Positions 21,347 to 30,521 of a stretch of 64,000 bases of DNA are shown here, one piece after another. Each line of letters opens with the position of its first letter. The first letter of the stretch is position 1. The stretch comes from an uncultured Gammaproteobacteria bacterium (lineage in GTDB: Bacteria > Patescibacteriota > Microgenomatia > UBA8517). The DNA is taken from contig CAYXBV010000001.1 in NCBI GenBank assembly GCA_964463425.1, positions 55,547-119,546 on the forward strand, written 5' to 3'. Below the pieces are notes generated by a model, which worked only from the letters and a program-made list of their open reading frames with translations, was not told where the DNA came from and searched no databases. The position numbers and the translations under genes were made by a program.

Positions 21347-22085
21347 TTGCTATTTTTTCTAAGATGTCTTCAGGAATATCAAAATTCGCAAACACTTTTT
21401 GAACATCATCTTGATTTTCTAATCCATCTAAAAAGGAAAGGACTTTGTTTGCCTTCTTTTCATTGTCCAGTAATTGATAGTTTTTAGGTTTTTGTACTAA
21501 CTCTGTGGAGACAATATTAAATTTCTTATTTTCAAGTTTTTCTCTAATTTCTTTAATAAGACTCGAGTCCACATGTATCTCAATTCCATCGGTTGTTTCT
21601 TCCATGTCCTCTACGCCAAGATCTATGAGAGCTAGCATTTGTTCTTCCACATTTTTGTCTTTTTTGATTACAATAAATCCTTTTGGTTCAAAGTTAAAAG
21701 ATACAGCTCCTGGACCAGCCAAGCTCCCTCCCCCTTTGTCAAAAATACTTTTAATTTCCTGTCCAGATCTATTTCTATTATCTGTGGCTACCTCAACCAT
21801 AACGGCAACACCGACGGGGCCAAACCCTTCATAGGTGACCTCTTCTAAGTCTCCCCCGCCTACTCCTTTAGAAATAGCACGTTCGATACTAGCCTTTGGC
21901 ATATTCATTGCTCTAGCCTTATCTATAGCAACTCTCAATTTATAATTTGAATCAGGTGAAGACCCTCCCCCGCTTTTTACCGCAATCGAAATTGCTCGTG
22001 ACAATTTTGAAAAAACGGCTCCCTTTGTGGCATCGTTAGATTCTTTTTGTCTTTTGATTGTTGAATAGTGTGAATGACCACTCAT
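21339..22085 (-). CDS. yebC: YebC/PmpR family DNA-binding transcriptional regulator
   Basis: N-terminus MSGHSHYSTIKRQKE...; 248 aa; family-typical length and motifs. Confidence 0.9.
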   Translation of the reverse strand: MSGHSHYSTIKRQKESNDATKGAVFSKLSRAISIAVKSGGGSSPDSNYKLRVAIDKARAMNMPKASIERAISKGVGGGDLEEVTYEGFGPVGVAVMVEVATDNRNRSGQEIKSIFDKGGGSLAGPGAVSFNFEPKGFIVIKKDKNVEEQMLALIDLGVEDMEETTDGIEIHVDSSLIKEIREKLENKKFNIVSTELVQKPKNYQLLDNEKKANKVLSFLDGLENQDDVQKVFANFDIPEDILEKIANE

Positions 22086-22237
22086 TTCAAATGTAATTAT
22101 ATACGAAAAATCTTTTTTTTCCCATAAAATCTGTACGCTTGTGAGTCGTTTATTCTTTTTCTAAGATTCTTCGCCGTTTCCCCTTGACAACCCTCTTGTC
22201 ATATCTATACTCAGAATGAGTTACACGGAAAACATAC

Positions 22238-22930
22238 ATGAATGAAGACCTGGCCCAAAAAGCAATCGCCGCAGCCCTTAAAGCAAGCTGGAAAGATGCT
22301 GTAAACCTCAATAAACAAATTCTCAAAAAGGATTCTAAGGATGTGGATGCGCTCAATCGCTTGGCAAGAGCTTTTTCCGAAGTAGGTGAAATAATTAAGG
22401 CCAAAAAAACAGCTAAAAAAGTAATTAATATTGACCCTCACAATACAATTGCCACTAAGGCTTTAGCAAAATGGAAAGAACTCAGGGAAGGAGAAAAAAC
22501 AAATCCTTCTAAGTTTTCTGCTCGTGCTTTTCTGGAAGAACCAGGCAAAACCAAGATTGTTTCTCTGCTGCACTTAGGAGACTGTGGCAAGGTAATTGCC
22601 AACCTTGATTCTGGCGATGAAGTTAAATTCAAAATAGGTAATCACAGAATCTCTGTTTGCACAGACACCAAAAAGTATATCGGTCGATTACCAGACGACG
22701 TTTCTGTCAGTCTTATTAAACTAATTAAAGCAGGCAACAAATATCAGGCTTTTGTTAAATCTTCTAGCCCCCAAGAAGTAAAGGTGTTTATTCGCGAAAC
22801 AAAAAGGGTCAAAGAAGTAGCCGATATTCCATCATTCACCTCTGAAAAAATTAACTATATTTCCTTTACTCCACCTGAGCTTATTCACAAAAAAGAATCC
22901 CTGAAGAATTCTGTGACTGACGAAGACTAA
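22238..22930 (+). CDS. Hypothetical protein with an N-terminal TPR-like helical repeat region
   Basis: Helical repeat N-terminus (AIAAALKASWKDAVNLNKQILKKD...); unknown C-terminal domain. Confidence 0.45.
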   Translation: MNEDLAQKAIAAALKASWKDAVNLNKQILKKDSKDVDALNRLARAFSEVGEIIKAKKTAKKVINIDPHNTIATKALAKWKELREGEKTNPSKFSARAFLEEPGKTKIVSLLHLGDCGKVIANLDSGDEVKFKIGNHRISVCTDTKKYIGRLPDDVSVSLIKLIKAGNKYQAFVKSSSPQEVKVFIRETKRVKEVADIPSFTSEKINYISFTPPELIHKKESLKNSVTDED

Positions 22931-23859
22931 AATCTCTTTGAAAATTCTTTCCCTATCTTGATTTCTAGATCAAAATTGCCTTCTGGTTCAACTCTCATAT
23001 TTTTGCAGGAAAAAACTTGAACAATTTCATCTAACAACTCTTTGTCTTTTCCTTTTACTTCGCAATCGGAATTATCCGCTTCTTCTTTCTTTATGTTTGC
23101 TAATTTCACACCCATTACTTCGACTACTTCTCCTATTTCCTCTGCAACGTTTGGTGTATCCGTTGAATCATATATCACCACTGTTGCCCCTTCACTAGAA
23201 ATACATGGGTTAGAAAAAAGGGCGATAATATAGTTGGGTAGTCGACCTGCCAAAACATATCCTTCATCTCCTCCAATCAATGTCACCTTTTTAAGGATAT
23301 TCCCTTCCGCAAAAGAAATATTCTCTCTTTTTAAATTTTTAATTCTTGCAGACATTAGGCCCATTTTAATCCTATCCCCTATTCCCAAATTAGTTTTGTA
23401 TGGCATTAGACTTGCCTTAATTATTCCAGGTAAATCACCTTCTGCAAAACCCAAGGCCGGGGCGTCTGCCCACGCTGCCACAGGTAATTTAAAATGCTTA
23501 ACAATTGTCTCTGCTAATAGTTGCCCCTCCATATTCTCATTTTCTCCCAGTTCCCTTACGCTCCCAAGTTTCCATCGCCCCAGTTGTCTGGCTACCTCAA
23601 CCTCCGTATTCTTTGGTATCGTAATGTTGGTAATTTTTTCAAGTGAAGGGTTAAAAACAGTAACAACAACGTCACCGCTTTCTTTTTCAATAACTAAGAA
23701 TGTTTCTGCGGAAGATTTCCAATATTTAGTTCTGAGGGTAATCAAAAGGAAAATAAAAAGAGGTATTAAAAGCAAACAAAACAATTTAAAATATTTACGT
23801 TTTCCATTCTTTCGCGCTTGTTTTTTGACGCGTTTTTTTCGTCTTTGGGCAGGTGACAT
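22927..23859 (-). CDS. Membrane-anchored protein with a LytR_C-like C-terminal domain
   Basis: Basic N-terminus plus TM; C-terminal ATVVIYDSTDTPNVAEEIGEVVEVMG resembles the LytR_C domain. Confidence 0.4.
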   Translation of the reverse strand: MSPAQRRKKRVKKQARKNGKRKYFKLFCLLLIPLFIFLLITLRTKYWKSSAETFLVIEKESGDVVVTVFNPSLEKITNITIPKNTEVEVARQLGRWKLGSVRELGENENMEGQLLAETIVKHFKLPVAAWADAPALGFAEGDLPGIIKASLMPYKTNLGIGDRIKMGLMSARIKNLKRENISFAEGNILKKVTLIGGDEGYVLAGRLPNYIIALFSNPCISSEGATVVIYDSTDTPNVAEEIGEVVEVMGVKLANIKKEEADNSDCEVKGKDKELLDEIVQVFSCKNMRVEPEGNFDLEIKIGKEFSKRF

Positions 23860-23954
23860 AAGATTGGTAACTAGCTATAATTTTTTTATTAAAACCTATC
23901 TGTCTATATCTAGTTTAGAATAATTTCTAGCCGTGTGTAAAGAAGCATGAAAAG

Positions 23955-24662
23955 TCAGTCCTCCAAAAGAGTAAGTTTTTGTAACACTTTGTCTAAATCA
24001 TGAGGAAGTTTCGCTTCAAATGATATTTTCTCGCCAGTCTTTGGGTGAGCAAACATAATACTTTTTGCGTGAAGAAATAGCCTCGGACACCATTCCTTGT
24101 CATCTCGAGAGGTTTTTCGACCAGCATAAAAATCATCAGCAACTAGCGGGTAACCTAAATATTTCATATGTATTCTGATTTGGTGTGTTCTTCCTGTCTT
24201 AGGAAACACATTTACTAAACTATATATTCCCTGGTTGTTTTTGTAATAGCTAATCACTTCATAATTAGTTTCAGCTGAGCGTCCGCCAGGCAAAACCCCA
24301 AAACGCTCCTTGTTCCACGGAAGTCTACCAACTGGGGCCGTTATTTGACCCTTTTTAATATCTAATTTCCCATGCACCAAGCACTGATAGCTCTTTTCTG
24401 TCTGCCTTTCTTTGAACTGTCTTTGGAGATTTGTAAAAGCTTGTTCCGATTTGGCAACAATCAATACTCCGCTAGTTGGCTTATCTAGTCTGTGAACAAT
24501 GCCGGCTCTATCACCGATTCCATTATCTTTGAGTTTTAAATATTTTTCTAACCAATCTTGCAAGGTGGGATTTTTCGTTGTGTTAGCTCTATTGACTACC
24601 ACGCCTGAAGGTTTGTTCAATATAATTATGTCTTTATCCTCAAATATAATTTTTGTATCCAT
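23955..24662 (-). CDS. RluA family pseudouridine synthase
   Basis: Catalytic motif HRLDKPTSGVLIVAKS. Confidence 0.85.
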   Translation of the reverse strand: MDTKIIFEDKDIIILNKPSGVVVNRANTTKNPTLQDWLEKYLKLKDNGIGDRAGIVHRLDKPTSGVLIVAKSEQAFTNLQRQFKERQTEKSYQCLVHGKLDIKKGQITAPVGRLPWNKERFGVLPGGRSAETNYEVISYYKNNQGIYSLVNVFPKTGRTHQIRIHMKYLGYPLVADDFYAGRKTSRDDKEWCPRLFLHAKSIMFAHPKTGEKISFEAKLPHDLDKVLQKLTLLED

Positions 24663-24734
24663 GTATATATAGTATCACCTACTCAATAAAAAACCGCCCG
24701 TTGGCGGATACTGTCTACTAAGCTTAACTTGTAC

Positions 24735-25154
24735 TTATTTTTCTCTCTTTGCCTGACATTTTGCACAAAGAGTAGCTTCAGGGTAAACCATTAGTCTGTC
24801 TGTGTCGATCAATTCATTACAGTCTTCGCAATGCCCGTATTTGCCAATCTTGATACGTTTTAATGCTTTCTTTGTTTGGACCATTTTTCTTTCTAGTTGC
24901 TCTTTAATAGCTGATGTCCTTGCGTGCCCAAACTGTTCGGCGGCATCTGTGTCTGGAGAAGCGTTGTCCATAACCCTTGATGTGTCTTTAAACGGGTCTT
25001 CTTTCTCTATTTCGGTTTTCGTCTTTTCAAGTTTTTTCAACTTTCCCTGCAAGAACTTGCCAACAGGAGCCAAAAGTTTTGCGGGAATTTGAATAACACT
25101 TCCCTTTTTCTTCTTACTACTTGTTTTTGATTTGGTCTTTTTTTTGTTTTTCAT
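24735..25154 (-). CDS. DksA/TraR family C4-type zinc-finger protein
   Basis: C-terminal CEDCNELID...CAKCQ four-Cys zinc finger; coiled-coil N-terminus with acidic tip. Confidence 0.75.
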   Translation of the reverse strand: MKNKKKTKSKTSSKKKKGSVIQIPAKLLAPVGKFLQGKLKKLEKTKTEIEKEDPFKDTSRVMDNASPDTDAAEQFGHARTSAIKEQLERKMVQTKKALKRIKIGKYGHCEDCNELIDTDRLMVYPEATLCAKCQAKREK

Positions 25155-25750
25155 GCTTGTTGTCTTGATAAGTTAAATACTAACAAAAATGAAGTGAAAG
25201 CTATCACTCCAGAGATGATACTGTCTATTGGACCCAAAAAGGATAGCATAGAAGGAAAGCCAGCTGCAACTGCTGTCCTAATTAGGAAAAACACACCCAG
25301 TGTGGTTAGTCCGGAAAAACCTACCTTGCCTGATTTATACCATGTAAATTTTTTATAATGTGTATCGAGAAATACATAAAAAGCAATAATTACCAGCAAT
25401 ACTACAAAGGCGATCAGTGAAGACCAGCTGGAATTTAATATAGCGTCTTGTAGAAAAATAACAGACAGCCAAGGCAACAATCCTATCGTCACTGCCTCCA
25501 GGTTTTCAAAAAATCTAAATTTAAACCTTAATCTACCAAGGACAAATCCTAGGGTTGCCCCCAAACAGTCTGCCCAAAACCACCACTGAGGCAATACCTT
25601 CTGAGATATAAAACTGAATATAATCACACCTAGGGCAACAAACAGGGCAAATGTAAATATTCTGCTTGAGTCATAATCTTCTTTAAGTTTTCTCCAAAAT
25701 AAAAAGAAGAAAAGTAGTATTCCTACTATATTAAATGCTATCTTCATCAT
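25151..25750 (-). CDS. Hypothetical integral membrane protein
   Basis: ~6 TM helices; overlaps the dksA-like gene by 4 nt. Confidence 0.45.
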   Translation of the reverse strand: MMKIAFNIVGILLFFFLFWRKLKEDYDSSRIFTFALFVALGVIIFSFISQKVLPQWWFWADCLGATLGFVLGRLRFKFRFFENLEAVTIGLLPWLSVIFLQDAILNSSWSSLIAFVVLLVIIAFYVFLDTHYKKFTWYKSGKVGFSGLTTLGVFFLIRTAVAAGFPSMLSFLGPIDSIISGVIAFTSFLLVFNLSRQQA

Positions 25751-25805
25751 CGTTGTGTTTATTCTGTTTCTAAATTATATCAAGTTATCATAACTTCTCC
25801 CATAT

Positions 25806-26306
25806 TTGACTTTGACAATGCTCAAACGTTATCATTTTTACATCGTGCTAGAAACACCACATGTTATCGTAGGAGCAGCTATTGCTACCAAAATTGCCAA
25901 TCCCCTTCTCTCTATTCCGCTAGCGTTTGGTAGCCATTTTCTTCTAGACAGAATACCTCACTGGAATCCCCACCTTAATACGGAAATGAAGAAGCACGGA
26001 AAACCTACTAAGAAGAGTTCTTTCATTGTCGTCGCAGATGTTTGCACGGCTCTCTTTGTTGGATTTTTCATCGCATCTAAAGCTATGCCCGATATGGCAC
26101 ATGCTGCCACAATTTTAGCCGCATCATTTGCGGCGGTCTTACCTGATGTCATGGAAGGTCCATACTTTTTTTTGGGAATAAAAAGTAAATTTATTGATAA
26201 ATGGATTGCTTTTCAAAAATCCATACAAGCTGATACAAATTTCGTTCCGGGAATTTTGACGCAAGTGCTTACTGTTGCCGCGGCTTTCTGGTGGATTTTT
26301 GCCTGA
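25806..26306 (+). CDS. Hypothetical membrane protein (possibly DUF457-like metal-dependent membrane hydrolase)
   Basis: TM helices with conserved His residues (HF..DRIPHWNPH); weak. Confidence 0.4.
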   Translation: MTLTMLKRYHFYIVLETPHVIVGAAIATKIANPLLSIPLAFGSHFLLDRIPHWNPHLNTEMKKHGKPTKKSSFIVVADVCTALFVGFFIASKAMPDMAHAATILAASFAAVLPDVMEGPYFFLGIKSKFIDKWIAFQKSIQADTNFVPGILTQVLTVAAAFWWIFA

Positions 26307-26310
26307 AGTT

Positions 26311-26877
26311 TTACTTGTCGGTCACTCTCTCTACATACTCACCGTTCCTTGTGTCTACTCTTATCTTATCGCCCGTTTTTATAAATAACGGAACTCTGAG
26401 TTGTATGTCATTTTCCAAAATCGCCGGTTTATATAAATTAGTCGCGGAATTGCCTTTTACTCCAGGGGCTGTTTCTTTTATCGTTAGGGTTACTTTAGGA
26501 GAGATTTCAATTGATAGTGGTTTATCGTCCCAAAACAGGATGTCTGCATTTTCACCTTCCTTAATGTATGGAAGTTCTTCCTTGGCTATACTGATGGGGA
26601 TTTCAACTTGGCCAAAAGTTTTTGGATCCATAAATACCGCGTTACCGCCTTCTTGATAAAGATACTGCATACTTCTTTTTTGTGTATTTATATTTTCAAC
26701 TTTTGCCGCTGAATTAATTGTCTTTTCAATCTGATTTCCAGTCTCAAGATTACGTATGACCAACTTGACCAACCCCCCACCTCTACCAATCTTTTGATGA
26801 GTATATTTAATAACCTTAAATGGCTTTCCATTCATAAGAAAAGCGATCCCGTTTTTTAAATTTGTTGCTTCAATCAT
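26311..26877 (-). CDS. efp: Translation elongation factor P (Arg-type loop KIGRGGG)
   Basis: Full-length alignment to EF-P; Arg at the position of E. coli K34. Confidence 0.9.
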   Translation of the reverse strand: MIEATNLKNGIAFLMNGKPFKVIKYTHQKIGRGGGLVKLVIRNLETGNQIEKTINSAAKVENINTQKRSMQYLYQEGGNAVFMDPKTFGQVEIPISIAKEELPYIKEGENADILFWDDKPLSIEISPKVTLTIKETAPGVKGNSATNLYKPAILENDIQLRVPLFIKTGDKIRVDTRNGEYVERVTDK

Positions 26878-26999
26878 TTTATTAATTATCCAGAGGTTAT
26901 TTTATCTTTAATAAGGTCCTAAAACAAGGCCATTTCCTTTGAATAAAAGCAATTATTTGATAAAATATACTACTCACGAATTATTAAATCACTTCTTAT

Positions 27000-27085
27000 G
27001 CCGAGGTGGCGGAATTGGCAGACGCGCGAGACTCAAAATCTCGTGGTATGAAAGTACCGTGTGGGTTCGACTCCCACCTTCGGCA
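27000..27085 (+). tRNA. tRNA-Leu (anticodon CAA), class II with long variable arm
   Basis: Manual cloverleaf: acceptor GCCGAGG/CTTCGGC, anticodon loop CTCAAAA, T-arm GTGGG-TTCGACT-CCCAC. Confidence 0.85.
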
Positions 27086-27123
27086 CACAGAACTTATTGA
27101 TTTTCCTCAGTGTAAACACGTTG

Positions 27124-28446
27124 TTATGCAGGCCTTTTCATTTCTCGCCCGTAAAACTTGATTCTATCGCCCCTGAAAAATAGCTTGATAGATTTGAGCG
27201 GACCATTTCGATGCTTAGCAATGTCTAGAACAATATTTTCTGGCTTATCGTCGTCTTCTTTCCATAAAAACATCACGACGTCGGCATCCTGCTCAATGCT
27301 TCCAGACTCTCTTAAATCGGCCAGCTGAGGCCTCTTGTCACCTCTGTGTTCAACCGCCCGAGAAAGTTGAGACAGAGCCAGCACAGGAAGTTTTAATTCT
27401 CTTGCTAAATTTTTCAAACCCTGAGATATTTCAGAAACCTCTTGAACTCTGTTTTCTAGTTGTCTGCTACGAGCAAGCTGAAGATAATCAACAACTAACA
27501 TATCAACTCCTTTTTCAACCTGCAATCTTCTTGCCTTAGTTCTCATTTCAAGAATCGATAAAGCCGGTGTATCGTCTATATATAGTGGTGCTTCAGCCAG
27601 TTCCCCCATTGCGTTTGATAGTTTCGTAAAATCACTTTCTGAAAGCTTCCCTGTTTTTAATCTCCAAGCATCAATATCAGCTTGCGTAACCAAAAGTCTA
27701 TCAACCAACTCTTCTCGGCTCATCTCAAGAGAAAAAAATCCTACTGGACGATCATGTTTAACAGCCAGGTTTTGAGCGATGTTCAATGCCAAAGAAGTTT
27801 TTCCCATACCAGGCCTTGCCGCTAACACTATAAGGTTAGATCTTTGCATTCCAGCTAAAGTATCGTCCAAGTCTTTAAAACCCGTTGGCACTCCTCGCAG
27901 CCCTTCGGCTTGCTTATGAAGTTCATCTAATCTATCAAAGCTCTCTGTTAAGGCATCTCTAACAGAAGTAAATGCTTGAGTTAAATGTCTTTGAGTAAGT
28001 GCAAATACGGCAGACTCTGCTTTATCTAATAACTCATTGGCTGCTAAGCTGTCATCCATTGAGAAATCGACCAATTTTGTTGCCGCCACCATGAGTGATC
28101 TTTTTGTTGCAGCATCTTTAACTATTTTTCCATAATGCTCTACGTGTGCTGCTGTCGGTACCTTGTTGGCTATCTCTGCTAAATAACTTGCCCCACCAAT
28201 CTTTTTTAAAGTTTTTTTCTTTTTTAATCTTTCTGCAACAGTTAAAACATCTATTGGAATTCGCTCTTCATACAAATCAATACAACTATCGAAAATTGCT
28301 TTGTGTCGTTCGTCATAAAAATCTTCTGAGGCCAAAAATTCAGCAACCGCGATAATAGCGTCTTTGTCTAACAGTAAAGCTCCAAGAACCGACTCTTCGG
28401 CTTCATTTGAATGTGGAGGAATTCTGACTTTTAATTGATCTGCCAT
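27124..28446 (-). CDS. dnaB: Replicative DNA helicase DnaB
   Basis: N-terminal DnaB domain (HSNEAEESVLGALLLD); RecA-like Walker A GMGKTS. Confidence 0.92.
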   Translation of the reverse strand: MADQLKVRIPPHSNEAEESVLGALLLDKDAIIAVAEFLASEDFYDERHKAIFDSCIDLYEERIPIDVLTVAERLKKKKTLKKIGGASYLAEIANKVPTAAHVEHYGKIVKDAATKRSLMVAATKLVDFSMDDSLAANELLDKAESAVFALTQRHLTQAFTSVRDALTESFDRLDELHKQAEGLRGVPTGFKDLDDTLAGMQRSNLIVLAARPGMGKTSLALNIAQNLAVKHDRPVGFFSLEMSREELVDRLLVTQADIDAWRLKTGKLSESDFTKLSNAMGELAEAPLYIDDTPALSILEMRTKARRLQVEKGVDMLVVDYLQLARSRQLENRVQEVSEISQGLKNLARELKLPVLALSQLSRAVEHRGDKRPQLADLRESGSIEQDADVVMFLWKEDDDKPENIVLDIAKHRNGPLKSIKLFFRGDRIKFYGREMKRPA

Positions 28447-28500
28447 AGTTGGTTTGTAACAAAAAAAATACGATTAGTAAAGTTTGTTTCCGGGCAGATG

Positions 28501-29151
28501 CTATTGCTTGCTCTCTAATAATACAACTTTCTGTTCTTCTTCTAATACGCTACTTGATATTGTTAGTTTCTTTAATTTCTCAACCGGCAAGCTTATCTGT
28601 GTCAAAAATGGCTCTACCGAAGCCAGTTTTGCAAATGTTGTTGGGTTTAATTTAGGAACCATATAATGCATAGGAATAACAATTTTGGGTTCAATCATAC
28701 GGGATATCTCAGTTGCCTTAACCGCATCAATTGTATACTCTCCCCCAACAGGAACCATTAAAACATCTACGCTCCCAACCTTTTCAATAAATTTTTCTGA
28801 AAGCTTATGTCCTAAATCTCCCAAATGAACAATTCTTAACTTGTCCATTTCAATTACATATATTGTGTTCTTTCCTCTTTTCGCTCCTTTTTGATTGTCA
28901 TGAAAAGAAGCTATACCAATAATAGATACTCCGTTAATCTCATATTCTCCTGGTCCAGAAATTACTTTTTTGACATCTTTAACTAACTCCACCCTATTGT
29001 GGTCTTTATGCTTATGCGAAATAGTAACAATATCTGCAGAAACTTTTGGAAAAGGAAAGCCAACTGATTTGGGGTCAAACGGATCAATAACAACACTGGA
29101 TGTCTTACCCTTTAAGCGAAATGAAGAATGTCCTAAATATGTTATATCCAT
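28501..29151 (-). CDS. MBL-fold metal-dependent hydrolase (UPF0173-like)
   Basis: HKHKDH motif; family-typical N-terminus MDITYLGHSSF. Confidence 0.8.
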   Translation of the reverse strand: MDITYLGHSSFRLKGKTSSVVIDPFDPKSVGFPFPKVSADIVTISHKHKDHNRVELVKDVKKVISGPGEYEINGVSIIGIASFHDNQKGAKRGKNTIYVIEMDKLRIVHLGDLGHKLSEKFIEKVGSVDVLMVPVGGEYTIDAVKATEISRMIEPKIVIPMHYMVPKLNPTTFAKLASVEPFLTQISLPVEKLKKLTISSSVLEEEQKVVLLESKQ

Positions 29152-29276
29152 TGTTTAAAAAATATTTTTAGCCTATCAAGGCATACTATCAAACCCCTAA
29201 CGGCTTGACAACAATTAATTGTTGAAATATATTAGTCACAGCCTATCAATAAAGGCCATTTTGTATTGTTTGCTAT

Positions 29277-29714
29277 ATGCGTAAAGAAATACTATTTGCC
29301 ATTCTCGCAGGAATAACCTTTGGGCTAATCATTGCCTTCGGGGTATGGAGAGCCAATATTGCCTTGAGACCTGAGGGGGCAAACACAACAGAAGACGGCA
29401 CCGCTTCAGAAATAGTTCCAGCAGATTTTGGAATAACAATTGCCAAGCCCGAAAACTACCAAGTCATCACATCTTCCCCAACTGTTCTTACCGGTATTAC
29501 TAAGCCAAACGTACTGCTAGTAACTTCAACTGAAAACGAAGATTATGTTGTAAAGACAAACGGCGATGGTGAATTTGAAGTTGAAATTGATGTTGTCGGT
29601 GGAATAAATGAAGTTATCTTAACAGCCTTTGACACAGATGGGACAGAAACAGAAGAAAGACTAACCCTTATATACTCATCTGAACTTACAAAGCAAGAGG
29701 AGGAAGAAAACTAA
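29277..29714 (+). CDS. Hypothetical secreted/membrane-anchored protein
   Basis: N-terminal signal/TM; stop overlaps the next start (TAATG). Confidence 0.45.
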   Translation: MRKEILFAILAGITFGLIIAFGVWRANIALRPEGANTTEDGTASEIVPADFGITIAKPENYQVITSSPTVLTGITKPNVLLVTSTENEDYVVKTNGDGEFEVEIDVVGGINEVILTAFDTDGTETEERLTLIYSSELTKQEEEEN

Positions 29715-30364
29715 TGAAAAAAATACTTATATTTTTGTCATTATTAATATTAATTACCACGACTGCTTATGTTGCCTTAGCCCAAGAAACATCTACAGAA
29801 GAAGCAAACTCAGTTAGAGATACCGTTCAAAAGAAAGTCGAAGAAGCAAGAACCGTTCCTTTTGCCTATATTGGCACTGTTACCGACATAGCTGAACAAA
29901 CAATACAAATTAACAAATTTATCTTTAGTAGCACTAACGAGGATGCTGGAGAGATCCAACAAATTTCAGTTGATGAAGAAAATACGGATTTTGTAAAAAT
30001 AACCAAAAACACAACTGTGGTGAATTTTTCAGATTTAGCCATTGGTGATTTTGTTATTGCCATGGGATACAGAAATGGCAATAGTGTTCTAGAAGGATCT
30101 CGAATACTGATTACTACCGCTCCTGAACCCACCACTCGAAAAGCTGTCTTTGGTGAACCGACTGAAATAGGCAAGAAAACACTAACTATAACTGCATTAT
30201 CAGGCAAAGAATGGGAAGTTGAATTCGGCTCAAAATGGGTTGGCCCCGAACTTGATAACATTCAAGATGAAGATAAAATAATTGTTGTAGGTACAACTGA
30301 GGGCAATACACTCAGTGCCAGATTTATACACATAATTACTCCAGCAGTAGAAACAACTCAATAA
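29714..30364 (+). CDS. Hypothetical secreted protein
   Basis: Signal peptide (...AYVALAQE); translationally coupled to the upstream ORF. Confidence 0.45.
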   Translation: MKKILIFLSLLILITTTAYVALAQETSTEEANSVRDTVQKKVEEARTVPFAYIGTVTDIAEQTIQINKFIFSSTNEDAGEIQQISVDEENTDFVKITKNTTVVNFSDLAIGDFVIAMGYRNGNSVLEGSRILITTAPEPTTRKAVFGEPTEIGKKTLTITALSGKEWEVEFGSKWVGPELDNIQDEDKIIVVGTTEGNTLSARFIHIITPAVETTQ

Positions 30365-30365
30365 T

Positions 30366-30394
30366 TTGACTACACGATTTCACTAAAGTATCAT
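30366..30394 (+). promoter_or_regulatory. Sigma70-like promoter for the hisS leader (-35 TTGACT 30366-30371, 17-nt spacer, -10 TATCAT 30389-30394)
   Basis: Seen in sequence. Confidence 0.4.
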
Positions 30395-30400
30395 ACCCTC

Positions 30401-30521
30401 ATTATGAGAAAGCAATCTAACATGCAATTACATTTTCACCCATCAGCCTGAAGTTGGGTGGTAATTTGCGTGGTTAACTTACCAGCCAACAGGCTGGTTT
30501 TTTAGTGGAGAAACAGATAAC
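30401..30521 (+). promoter_or_regulatory. hisS 5' leader with an intrinsic terminator (CCAGCC-AACA-GGCTGG + TTTTTT, 30482-30503), an upstream anti-terminator segment CAGCCTG (30444-30450), a T-box-like GGGTGGTA (30456-30463) and a 15-codon mini-ORF with two His codons (30404-30451)
   Basis: Seen in sequence; alternative pairings 30444-30450:30490-30496 versus 30482-30487:30492-30497. Confidence 0.45.

Noticed and set aside
21505-21848. Multiple antisense ORFs inside yebC, gyrA, dnaX, topA, pilB and others (60-140 aa in the ORF track)
   Set aside because: They fall opposite strongly supported conserved genes, with low-complexity translations; treated as shadow ORFs.
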